Shown here: positions 18,171 to 28,007 of the stretch, one piece after another | Layout: the number at the start of each line of letters is the position of its first letter | Position numbering within the stretch: the first letter of the stretch is position 1 | NCBI GenBank assembly: GCA_019828565.1 | Contig: JAHDYR010000025.1 | Span: forward strand, 372,001 to 436,000 | Reading direction: 5' to 3' | Origin: Carpediemonas membranifera BICM | Taxonomy: Eukaryota; Protista; Fornicata | DNA: 64,000 nt | Notes under the pieces: model-generated | Database searches by the model: none | The model's input: only the letters and a program-made list of their open reading frames with translations | What the model was told of the DNA's origin: nothing | Made by a program: the position numbers and the translations under genes

Positions 18171-21100
18171 ATGTTAGCGTCCAAGACTATCTGGCAGGAG
18201 AAGGCCAGTCTGCTGGGCGAAGAGTTGATCGTCCGCATGGACACCTGCTCCTCGTTCAGCGTCGTGCCGAGGGACTGGGCCGTCGAGAAGGGACTGAAGA
18301 TCGCCACGCGGGGCGAGACAGTCCGCTTGGCTGACGAGTCGATGAGGAGGGTCTACCGAGTGTTGTCAGATGTGCCGATCACCCTCCACCTCGACAGAGA
18401 GGTCACCGCGACGCCGACCTGGTATGCGATGGACAAGGCCGAGTCGTTCCTCATCAACATGGAGGTGATTGACTCCCTCGGCCTAATCAACCGCAACCTT
18501 GACACCGAAGCAGACCCCATCCAGGTCATCTCCAAGCTCACAGAGGACTGGGCCGAGAGATACAGCGACTGCTTCGGCGATGCAGGCGAACCAGCAGACC
18601 TTAAGCCGTTCAAGGTCACGCTGAAGAAGGACGCCCGACCCTACTTCCGTCTGCCCCGAAGGTTCCCAAGACAGGTGGAGGATGAACTCCGGTCAGAGAT
18701 GCAGAAGCTGGAGGAAAGCGGGATCATCATCCCAACCAAGTCTCCCTGGAGCAGCTCAGTGGTCATGGTGCGGAAGAAGGCCGGGACGTGGCGGCCGTGC
18801 ATGGACTACTCGCCACTGAACGAGCTCCTGGCGTCCATGACTCAGCACGACTTGCCGTCGACGGAAGAGCTGATCGAGAGGCTGAGGGGCAACAAGTACT
18901 TCGCAGCACTTGACCTCAGCAAGGCCTTCCATCAGGTCCCGGTGCACCCCGACACACAGGAGTACCTGGCGTTCACGTACTCCAAGGGGCACTATACCTA
19001 CACTACGATGCCGTTCGGCCTTGCCACCGCGGCTGGCCATATGCAAGAGGCCTTAGAGGAGGCTTTCGCGGACATGCTGGGCACGGCGTGTCTTGTGTAC
19101 GTGGACGACATCATCGTCTATGGGTCGACCTGGGAAGAGTACCAGGCGAACCTGATGCGGGTGATGGACCGGGTGCGAGAGAAGAAGCTGAAGCTCAACA
19201 AGAACAAGTGCTTTTTCGGGTTGACGGAGGTGGAGTACCTCGGATGGATAGTGTCGGCGGAGGGAAAGCGCATCCCCCATGGCGCGTCCAGGGTGTCCAG
19301 GAGCTGCCCGACCCGACAAACGTGAGTGACGTCAGGTCCACATTGGGCATCTTCAACTTCTTCTCCCAGTTCATCCCCGGCTACGCGGACATCACCGAGC
19401 CGATCCGCAAGCTGGAGATCAAGGGCCAGACGTTCGTGTGGGGCGACCCCCAGAGAGAGGCGTTCAAGAGACTGAAGAAGATCGTCACCTCCCCCACACT
19501 GTTGGTCACACCGGGCCCTGACGACCGCCTACAGCTGTTCACCGACGCGTCCGACACCGGTGTCGGCGCAGTGCTGGTCAGAGTCGAGGACGACGGGTCG
19601 AAGCGACCTGTGATGTTCTTCTCCAAGGCCCTGACAGCAAGCCAGCGCAAGTGGAGCACCTACCGCAAGGAGGCATTCGCCATCATAGCGGCCACGAGGA
19701 AGATGAGACGGTTCCTAGCCACAAGGGAGTTTGAGATGTTCACGGACCACCGTAACCTCGTGTACACGTGGGGCAACGTCGACCCCATGGTGCAGCGCTG
19801 GGCACTTGAGCTGGGCAACCTCAAGTTCAGCATCACCCACGTGCCTGGTAAGTCTAATACGGTCGCGGACGGCCTGTCCAGAATGCCCCGCGCAGAAGCC
19901 GAGAGCCTGACACCAGAGCAGCAGGGTGCGATCGTGTCCGTGATGTGTGCAGTCGACGCAGCGGAGGAAGAGTCGGAAGAAGTCGCCGCCGACGAGCCGA
20001 GAGTTCGGTTCCGCGAAGAGGCGGCAGGACAGCCTGACCGCGAGCGCGACGAGGCAGACGAAAGCGACACCGAGGAAGCAGCCGGGACAGACGAGGGCGA
20101 CACCCTTGACGCCGAGCCCGAAGAGGAGGGCACGTTCCCGGCCATACCCGAGTCCCAGAAGCTGCCACGCTTCAAGTCCGTTCACGGACCTGGCACCGGT
20201 CACCACGGGGTTGACCAGACGCTGTGGAAGCTCGAGGATAAGGGATTGCGCTGGGACACTGCGGACACGGACGTCCAGAGGATGGTTAAGGAGTGCCCCG
20301 TGTGCCAGAAGAACGCCGAACACCGGTCACGCGAGCAATATCAGGAGCAGCTGCGCATGCCAGCGTCGCCGTTCAGTCGCGTGTTCGCCGACACCATCAA
20401 CATGGCAGAGGCAGACCAGGGTTACCGGTACATCCTGGTGCTGGTGGAGGAGTCGACGAGGTGGGTCACCCTGTGCCCACTGAAGACGGTGACCTCCGCC
20501 GCCACCATCAGAGCAATCAGGGAAAGATACCTCACACACTTCCCGCCCCCGGTCGAGTGGGTGACCGATAGCGGACGGCAGTTCGACTCGAAGGAGTTCA
20601 AGTCGTTCGCGGCAGAGCTAGGCGGGGGCGCGAAGACGACCACCCCGTACCATCACGAGGAGAATGGGATCGTTGAGCGCAGGAATCGCGAAGTGAACCG
20701 CCACCTCAGGGACGAGATGCATCAGCGCGGCACGAAGCAATGGATGGGCCTACTGCCAGCGGTTCAGAACATCATCAACCAGGCTAGATCTGCCACGACA
20801 GGCACGTCACCCTGGAAGCTAGTGGTGTCCACAGAGCGGGAAGGGAAGATGACACTGTCGAACCAGGAGAGAGCCGACGTTACGGACGTCATTGACAAGA
20901 TGGTCCGGAACGAGAAGATGAGAGCTCAACAGCGCAGGGACGCGGCGAAGAAGACGTACGACGCGGCCAAGGCCAGACAGGACAAGCACAACAAGAGGAC
21001 ACCGACCCGTATCACAGCCAAGGCGTGGGTCATGGTCGACAGGGATGCAGAACAGAGAGGGAAGTACCAGCTACGATGGAGAGGCCCACTTCAGGTGGTC

Positions 21101-21505
21101 AAGAAGGCACCTGGAAACGCCAGCTCGTTCGTGATAAGGGACCCCGAGACGAACAAGACGTATAAGAAGCACGTGAAGCATCTGAAGCTCGCAGAAGGCG
21201 ACTGGGATGAGGAGAAGGCGAAGGCAGAATGCGCCAAGGACCGTATGCACACGTATATCAAAGAGATCGTCACGCACAGGATCAAGAAGGACGTGATGAA
21301 GACGCCAGAGGTGAAGGTGCGCTGGTTAGGATACGAACCAGCAGACGACACGTGGAGAAACCCAACAGACGAGGATATGAGAGGCAATGCGATACTTCAG
21401 CAGTACCTGCAGGTGAATACACCCCTAGAGGAAGCCATGAAGCGGTTTGATGATTTGAAGCTCAGAATGTCGGCCCGCCAATCAAATGGCACTCGGCAGG
21501 ATTAG
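18171..21505 (+). CDS. pol: Pol (PR-RT | RNaseH-IN-chromodomain), split by a -1 frameshift near 19262-19278
   Basis: Same motifs as copy 1; RT homology changes frame between EGKRIP and PWRVQGV. Confidence 0.9.
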
Positions 21506-21531
21506 ACATCGCATTGAAGGAGGGGGGGTAG

Positions 21532-21623
21532 TGATGCATTCAAATCCCCTAGTTTGGACCATTTACACCACCACGGGTCTAAACCTCCTCAGTAAACACA
21601 TTGTTTGACCCTTCAATAGCACA
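21532..21623 (+). repeat. 3' LTR (92 bp)
   Basis: Identical to the 5' LTR and follows the PPT. Confidence 0.96.
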
Positions 21624-21630
21624 CTGCGCA

Positions 21631-21661
21631 TGTGCTATTGAAGGGTCCAACAATGTGTTTA
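21631..21661 (-). repeat. Inverted 31-nt copy of the LTR 3' end
   Basis: tgtgctattgaagggtccaacaatgtgttta is the reverse complement of 21593-21623 with one mismatch. Confidence 0.9.
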
Positions 21662-22077
21662 TACTGCGCAACAGCGCAACAATATAAATTGAGATCAAGG
21701 ATCAGCGGCTGCAGCGTTTAGAGGTGTTTACCTTACTGGGGGTTCATGTTTAGACTCAACAATTCTAATCCTGCGCGGCACACTATCTCCACTCACCCAC
21801 TTCAGCCCTCGTCTGTACCATCGGGCTTTCGTGCTTTCAGTCGTCGGTCTGCACGAAAAGAGCGAGAATACTCGCGCAACGGCTGAAATACCCTAGCGGT
21901 GCATAGTTATGAGCTGTTTTGCGCGGTTGCCTGCTACTATTGCAGAGTCAAGCAACCCGAACACAAAGAACTAAGAAGACACCTATACACTCGTTAGTCA
22001 GGCATACAAGGAGAGTTAGAGGCTGTCTTGACTGTGCCCTAAACTGCACTTTCGACTGAGTTTGGCCGGAACACTGA

Positions 22078-22575
22078 ATGAAGCTCAGCAGGCGCTCTCT
22101 CCACAATTCATATCATGAACTTCGAACAAATGGAATATTATACTGCATTGTGATTGGTTTGTGTGTTCTTTTGATGCCAATATCGCTTGCTTCCTCACTT
22201 CGGGCACTTGTTCATCAGAACGACACTGTTCTGCAAGCAGAATGCACATCAAACCTCAACATACTACTATTCCATTCGTATGCACTGTATAGCGTCCTTC
22301 TTCATTCATATGGCAAACTCCGCCCTCTGCGCCCGATCAACGTCCCCTCAATCCTCTCCCGGATCGTCACCACCGGCAGGCCGTGGATCCTCGTCGTGCT
22401 CCAGCTGTCAGAGCCTGCTCCTTCGTCGCTGATCCCACTTCTTGCCATGCTGTGGCCTGACACCCGCGCCTCGATTGTTGCAGCCATTCTCACGGCCCCC
22501 ACTGCGCTCGTACTCGCGCTCAGTGGGAAATTAGACTCTCCTAGATACGTTCTTGCCTTGCTCTCGGTTGGATGA
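22078..22575 (+). CDS. Hypothetical membrane protein (165 aa)
   Basis: ATG-initiated ORF with several hydrophobic segments; no family recognised. Confidence 0.45.
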   Translation: MKLSRRSLHNSYHELRTNGILYCIVIGLCVLLMPISLASSLRALVHQNDTVLQAECTSNLNILLFHSYALYSVLLHSYGKLRPLRPINVPSILSRIVTTGRPWILVVLQLSEPAPSSLIPLLAMLWPDTRASIVAAILTAPTALVLALSGKLDSPRYVLALLSVG

Positions 22576-22945
22576 GCCAGCAAAGCTTCATTCAATCACT
22601 GTTTCATCAACATCCCTTACTGGGGACCAAGGCATTCGAGCGGTATAAAATCGATCGACAGATGATATTGATTATATTGGCGCATCCACAGCGATAGCAC
22701 AAGGCTGGGGGAAGCTGCTTCAGCTAAAACGAGGCACGTCAGGTCGCGTTTTCATTTCAAATCGGGGAAAACGTGTTCAAAACAACCGACAACAACAAAG
22801 TTCAACTGTAAGGTAAGGGTCAGACAGGCTGAAAACAGATATCTTTTGCTCCAGCCCCTGTCTCTGACGCGCAACGTTCTAACTCGCGCAGTTTTGCCAC
22901 TGAACAAAAAGTGGCAATTCTGGCCAAAGATGAGATTTATGTGCA

Positions 22946-24070
22946 TTAAAATGTTGGCTTGATCATACTTCTCCTCCCCATGGCGCTGTCTCGCCCCAGT
23001 AGGGTCTCGATCTGTGCCCGGTTGGGCGGGTACTCGCTGGAAATGAGGAGCAGCTCGTTCATGACGATAGTGAACTCACCCTCGTCCGAGCGGCGAAGAA
23101 GGACACGGCAGAGGTCTGCAAGGTGTGGCTCGAGCGCAGTCTTCGCCTCATGGCAGTTGAGCAGCATCGCGAGAGCCTTAGCAAGCGCCAGCCGCTCTTG
23201 GACGCACGCCTCTGGCCTAGTCAGGTGCTCGACCATCAATGCGAGCATTCCTGCGTGGTACATTGCGAGCCGGGCCACGGGCACCCTGAGGCAGACGAGC
23301 AAGGAGCTCGCCAGGGCCTGGACGGTGCGGGGGCCCGGTTTCGAGCCGAGGATGGCGGCGTAGTACTCGGGCAGCTCGATGAGGGCGTCGATGGTGAGGA
23401 TGTCGTCAGTGAACAGGCCAGTGAGCGCCGTCACCGTGCGCAGCGTGTACTTCTGCTGACCCACGCGGTTCATCGCCACCTGGAGCAGCTCGTGGACGGC
23501 ATGCCGCCCCTCGTTACTGCCCAGGAACTTTCTGCCCTCATCGGTCTCTGTGAGGGCGACCATGAGGGCGAGGGCCTGGTGCCGGACGGGAGCAGATTCG
23601 TCGTCGATGGAGCGCACGAGGACAGCGGTGAGGGGATGGAACTCGTCATTTTCGTCGTCTTCATCCTCTGCGGCGTCTGCCTCCTCCGCAGCAGACTCGG
23701 GCAGCTCGGGTTCGGCCTCTGGAACAGTTTCGTCGTTCTCGCTGGTCAAATCTACGCCGTCAAGCGTCACTGCGCGGAATGTAGTCAGGAAGGTGGCTCC
23801 GCCGATGGTCCTGGGGAGCAGGGCCAGGGCGGTGAGGGCGAGGAGACGGATCGTCCACTCCTTGTGCCGGGTCAGCTCGAACAGTGCCATCAACAGCTGC
23901 TTGTTGAATGAGCCCCTTATCCTACTCTCTGGGCACGCAATTTCATTGATCAGCACCTGCAGACCGGTGCGGATGCTCGTGTCCAGCGATTCTGGGCTTG
24001 TGAATACGGCCAGAACCTTTTCTATGGATGCCATACGAGCTTGGCGGTACCATTCTGTAACACCAGCCAT
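22946..24070 (-). CDS. ARM/HEAT-repeat protein, possibly radial spoke protein 14-like
   Basis: Leu/Ala-rich helical repeats (IRLLALTAL, VRHQALALM). The start is uncertain (24070 or 24097). Confidence 0.6.
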   Translation of the reverse strand: MAGVTEWYRQARMASIEKVLAVFTSPESLDTSIRTGLQVLINEIACPESRIRGSFNKQLLMALFELTRHKEWTIRLLALTALALLPRTIGGATFLTTFRAVTLDGVDLTSENDETVPEAEPELPESAAEEADAAEDEDDENDEFHPLTAVLVRSIDDESAPVRHQALALMVALTETDEGRKFLGSNEGRHAVHELLQVAMNRVGQQKYTLRTVTALTGLFTDDILTIDALIELPEYYAAILGSKPGPRTVQALASSLLVCLRVPVARLAMYHAGMLALMVEHLTRPEACVQERLALAKALAMLLNCHEAKTALEPHLADLCRVLLRRSDEGEFTIVMNELLLISSEYPPNRAQIETLLGRDSAMGRRSMIKPTF

Positions 24071-24263
24071 CTTGGCTTCTTCGATAATGTGCTGCATCAG
24101 TTTGGGGTTGGAGAATTTGCAGCGTCTTTGCTTTGTGCAGTTTTCGACCGACTCCATGCCGACGCGGCTGTCTTGCTTGGCTCGGCGTGGACTCCATGCG
24201 GAGCACGGTGTGGTTGACCATTTGTTTTCGTGGACACATGAAAATAGAAAAGTTATGGTGAGT

Positions 24264-25592
24264 TTACTCCTGGTCGACCCCGGGCTGGGCAATCTTGGCG
24301 TCAAGGTCAAGAACCTCGCCGGAGACCTCCTCGTAAATCTTGATAACGTCGTCAATAGTGGTCTCGAAGTGGCTGGTCGCGTCATACGACGATGTGACAT
24401 AGATCTTCTTCCCAGCGAGCTTCTCCTTGACGGGCACAAGGTAGTCCGACACAGTGACGAACTTGTGCAGGATAGGACCCATTAGGTCAAAGGCTGGCTG
24501 CAGCTCGGCCTCCGGGTTCTCGGTTTCGACAGTCGTGGACGCGAAGCCGAGCAGGTAGTTCTTGGCCACGGTCATGAGGTCGTGGGTCTGGGCCGTTACG
24601 TAGACGTCGTTCTTCCGCCCGAGCTGCTTCTGCGGCATGATGATCTGCGCGGAGCCAGTGGTCCCGGCGATGGGTGTCTGGAGGATGCAGATGGCGCGGA
24701 CGATCTTCTCCGTGGCCTCGACATAGTCTGAGAAGTAAGAGGGGTCGCCGATGAGGACGTCGCACGTGGCCTCCTCGCCCTCGGACTTGATGCCCCGCAC
24801 GGTCCCGTCCTCGTTGAACAGGATCTCCTCGATGGGCTTGCGCATCATATACACACCGCCATAAATGGCCGAGAGGCGGGCGAAGGCCTGGGGGAGGTCG
24901 CCGATGCCGTACTGCGGGTAGATGTAGGGGGAGTTCCCGAAGCGGGCGAGGGACTCGACGTAGAGGCGGATACGGTCGACGCACTCGATACCAGGGCGCT
25001 CGAGGTACTCATCTGTGAGGTAGAGGCCCATGGCGTGGCCGAGGAAGTCCACCGTGTCCGGCTCGAGCTTGAACTTGGCCCAGACCTCGGACATCGGCTG
25101 AGCCTTGAGATCCAGGCCCTTAGCGGTCTCGGGCTTCTCGGGGTCAAAGTCGCGGACGAACTCGAGGAACTTTGCCATACGGCGCTTCTCGAAGGGACCC
25201 ATCAGGCTGGACTTGAGAGCCTCGCCGGCAGTGGCGGGAACCTTGCGGACCTTGCCCTTGCGGGTCACGTACGAGCCCTGGACGGACATGAAGTCGAGGT
25301 AGCGGGTGACGTTGGTGTGGGTGAGAGCCTTGACAAGACGGCCGCCGGCGAGGAGGTACTTGGGGACAATGTCGATGGACCACTCCCGGGAACGGCCAAG
25401 CTCGGCCGGAGGAGCCTCTCCCTTGCCCTGTTGCTCAAAAAGCTGCTCGAGAGTGAGGCTGGCGGAAGCACCGCCGTAATAGTCGTTCCTGTCCATGTGG
25501 AGGACCTTCTTGCCGTGGACGGACAACAGGCCGGAGAGGAGGCATTCCTTAAGGCCGGTGCCAAGGATAATGAAGTCGTAGTGTTCCTGCAT
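24264..25592 (-). CDS. GDI: Rab GDP dissociation inhibitor
   Basis: YDFIILGTGLKEC.LSGLLS..GKKVLHMDRNDYYGG, SPYIYPQYG, LPQAFARLSAIYGG. Confidence 0.97.
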   Translation of the reverse strand: MQEHYDFIILGTGLKECLLSGLLSVHGKKVLHMDRNDYYGGASASLTLEQLFEQQGKGEAPPAELGRSREWSIDIVPKYLLAGGRLVKALTHTNVTRYLDFMSVQGSYVTRKGKVRKVPATAGEALKSSLMGPFEKRRMAKFLEFVRDFDPEKPETAKGLDLKAQPMSEVWAKFKLEPDTVDFLGHAMGLYLTDEYLERPGIECVDRIRLYVESLARFGNSPYIYPQYGIGDLPQAFARLSAIYGGVYMMRKPIEEILFNEDGTVRGIKSEGEEATCDVLIGDPSYFSDYVEATEKIVRAICILQTPIAGTTGSAQIIMPQKQLGRKNDVYVTAQTHDLMTVAKNYLLGFASTTVETENPEAELQPAFDLMGPILHKFVTVSDYLVPVKEKLAGKKIYVTSSYDATSHFETTIDDVIKIYEEVSGEVLDLDAKIAQPGVDQE

Positions 25593-25827
25593 TTCGAGAA
25601 ACTGAGGGGTTTTGTTGATGAAGGAAACGATACATTTCGCGTTTATCGTAACGTAAATATACACGGAGAAATGCTTAAACGGGAAGATACCAATGATACA
25701 GAAACCAGCCCTGTCGCGGACACGTGCTGTCCTGCTCAATACGGGTGGCTGGACCAGAAACCCGGAGAATCCGCTCAAAACAGGGCAAACATCCTCAGCA
25801 AGCACACATATTGGGTATTTATAAAGC

Positions 25828-26394
25828 CTAACACACGAGTATGAGCCATGCGATGGCCAAGAAGAAGAGGATGACGGGATACAGCACGAGGGCGACCTTC
25901 TTCATCTCCACGGTCTTGAAGAAGAACGACAGCGCCGCAAACGTGGACCAGACAAAGGAGATGAATGTGACAACAAGCTTGATGAAGATGATGTCGAGTC
26001 CTACGAGTCCGAGCAATGTGTTGATCGCCTCAGCCAGCACTAGTGGAGCAATACAGTACCCCAGGAGGCATACGGACTGGAAAATAGAGATGTTGGAGCC
26101 TAGAATGATGGCGTTCACTGTGACGACCACGGCGCCGATCCAAACAATGAAGAAACCGGTGGCGAACATGATGTCGCCTTGGCCAGAAGGGGCGTTGAAG
26201 GAAAGGAACATGGCAAAGGTCATGCAAAGGACAAGAGGGCCCCAAAGATCCCATTTGGCGAGGATATTCACCTTTCTGTTGATGGGAACGAGGACAAAGA
26301 ACAGTTTGACACCAATCTGCTGCAACTCAGTAAGAATGGTTTTCCACACGGGCTCTTCAAGCGTAGATGGTAGGCTGGATGTAGATTCTGACAT
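25828..26394 (-). CDS. Yip1-domain protein (YIPF6-like)
   Basis: TLEEPV, WDLWGPL, FQSVCLLGYC.APL and LVLYPV.LF; five TM segments. Confidence 0.88.
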   Translation of the reverse strand: MSESTSSLPSTLEEPVWKTILTELQQIGVKLFFVLVPINRKVNILAKWDLWGPLVLCMTFAMFLSFNAPSGQGDIMFATGFFIVWIGAVVVTVNAIILGSNISIFQSVCLLGYCIAPLVLAEAINTLLGLVGLDIIFIKLVVTFISFVWSTFAALSFFFKTVEMKKVALVLYPVILFFLAIAWLILVC

Positions 26395-26612
26395 TTCAAG
26401 CTTCTTTTGCGTACTAAGGAGCTTATTGGCTTGATCACCGTTCGTCGTGCAAGCTGCAAAAGTGCACTGGCTTGGGTTCAATCCGGACCCGGCGCCGGGT
26501 ATTTTGGGAGCCCGGGCGGGGGCGGATTCTATCCGCATCAGCTGCGTCTGAGCCTGCGATTCGCTGTCTTCGCAGTTTATGCTTAGCAACGCGCGCGCCA
26601 ACTACAAGCTGG

Positions 26613-27842
26613 ATGGAGGACGGCGATGCAGGAATTCCTGCCCTTCTGAAGCGTGTGCAGGCAACACTTGAATCAAATAGGACGCCGTATAAGGCGAACT
26701 TCAGCTCAGAAGCCTCGGATGAGCTTACGATGACGAATACGTCGCCACTATTTACGGGAGAGTCTTCAACGAGTGAAAGCATTCTTCGTTCTCGAAACAG
26801 ACCTCATAGGAGCGATTTTCCAACTCCGACAATTGATCGGTCAGCGCTTTCCGCTCTCCAAGCTTCCCCTGGCACACCTAAGAAGCGCACACGGCCCAAC
26901 CCGCCAAAAGAACGTGAGAATACGAGTAATGCGCCAGCCAAGGACACCCCGTCCCAGCCCTGCATTGTCCTGGACGGCTATGTGTCCGAGAAGCTCGACT
27001 ACCTCCAGAAGGACCTGACTTCAGAGATGGAGCGCCGGAAGAGGGCAGAGCAGATGACGGACGAGGTCACTGCTGAGCTGAAGCGCGTGAAGGAGGAATC
27101 GTACGAGAAGGACACCGCAATCCGTCGTCTCAAAGACCAGGCTGAGACGCTTCAGGCCAAGCTCGACGGCTTCCAGAGCCTGGCCGAGGAGAAGCTCGCC
27201 CTCGAGTCCCAGCTGAAGGATGCCAATCATTTACTGGAATCTGATCGGCACATGTCGTACGAGAACATGGCCCAGCTGACCCGCCGCACAACAGAGCTCG
27301 AGGTGACCAGCGGGACGATGGCTGCCGAACTGGAGGCGGCCAGGGCCAAGTACCTCACTGCCGACGATGAGCGAGTCGAGTTGCGGGCCCGGCTGGCCAA
27401 GCTCACCGGGGACTACAACACGCTGAGACACAAGGCGTTCGAGCTCGAGATACACAACACGGAGCTCAGCGCAGAGCTAAGCGCCACACAAAAGCAGGTT
27501 TGGGGCCTCACGTCGCCAGCCAGCCAGAAACAGCCGGCCGACACTCCCGAGGATGGGGAGAAGGACAAGACGATCGCCCAGCTCACGAAAGACCTGGCCC
27601 ATGCCCGGGCCGAGCTGCGGACGTACGAGGAGGTCAGCGTGACCACGAGCAAGGACCTGCTGGTCCACCGGCTGCGGGAGCAGAGGGGTCGGCAGGCGGA
27701 CCTCAGCAACGCCAAAGCAGAGCGGGCCAGGCTCGAGGAGGAGAACGGGCGACTGCGGGCGGCGCTGCTGGAGGTGCGGCAGGAGGTCGACGAGGTGAAG
27801 CGGTGGAAGGACCGGCTGGTTGTCAGCGGGTGGGGCCGATGA
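26613..27842 (+). CDS. Coiled-coil protein
   Basis: Long ORF with heptad-rich E/K/L/A composition. Confidence 0.75.
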   Translation: MEDGDAGIPALLKRVQATLESNRTPYKANFSSEASDELTMTNTSPLFTGESSTSESILRSRNRPHRSDFPTPTIDRSALSALQASPGTPKKRTRPNPPKERENTSNAPAKDTPSQPCIVLDGYVSEKLDYLQKDLTSEMERRKRAEQMTDEVTAELKRVKEESYEKDTAIRRLKDQAETLQAKLDGFQSLAEEKLALESQLKDANHLLESDRHMSYENMAQLTRRTTELEVTSGTMAAELEAARAKYLTADDERVELRARLAKLTGDYNTLRHKAFELEIHNTELSAELSATQKQVWGLTSPASQKQPADTPEDGEKDKTIAQLTKDLAHARAELRTYEEVSVTTSKDLLVHRLREQRGRQADLSNAKAERARLEEENGRLRAALLEVRQEVDEVKRWKDRLVVSGWGR

Positions 27843-28007
27843 GGGCATTGTGACATGATGTCTGCCGCCTGTAAATCAGCTAGCACGACGTAGCCAGTTG
27901 ATGGTCAATGGCAGCACTCTGGCTTTCTGGATGCGGTGAGGTGATAGAGCTCTTGGCTTGTAGAGACTCAATCAAACAACGGATCCAGTCAATCAGATCT
28001 TTATCAA

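Larger units (their letters stand above)
16979..21623 (+). mobile_element. Full-length Ty3/gypsy chromovirus-like LTR retrotransposon, family B copy 2 (4645 bp)
   Basis: Identical 92-bp TG..CA LTRs, 5-bp TSD CTGCG (16974-16978 / 21624-21628), gag, pol and a PPT at 21516-21528. Confidence 0.97.

Noticed and set aside
6965-21623. Repeated 92-bp unit as a CRISPR-like or ncRNA repeat
   Set aside because: The copies are LTRs (TG..CA, PPT, TSD); there is no repeat-spacer array or cas gene, and the context is eukaryotic.
21724-21756. Patchy similarity to the reverse complement of LTR-B (gtgttta..tactg..gtttagac)
   Set aside because: It needs several gaps over about 30 nt and cannot be distinguished from chance by eye.
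24264-26394. Rab GDI next to a Yip1-family gene, with Exo70, AP-1 mu, p24 and GGTase elsewhere, as a trafficking cluster
   Set aside because: These are common housekeeping classes in a compact genome; there is no evidence of co-regulation without synteny data.
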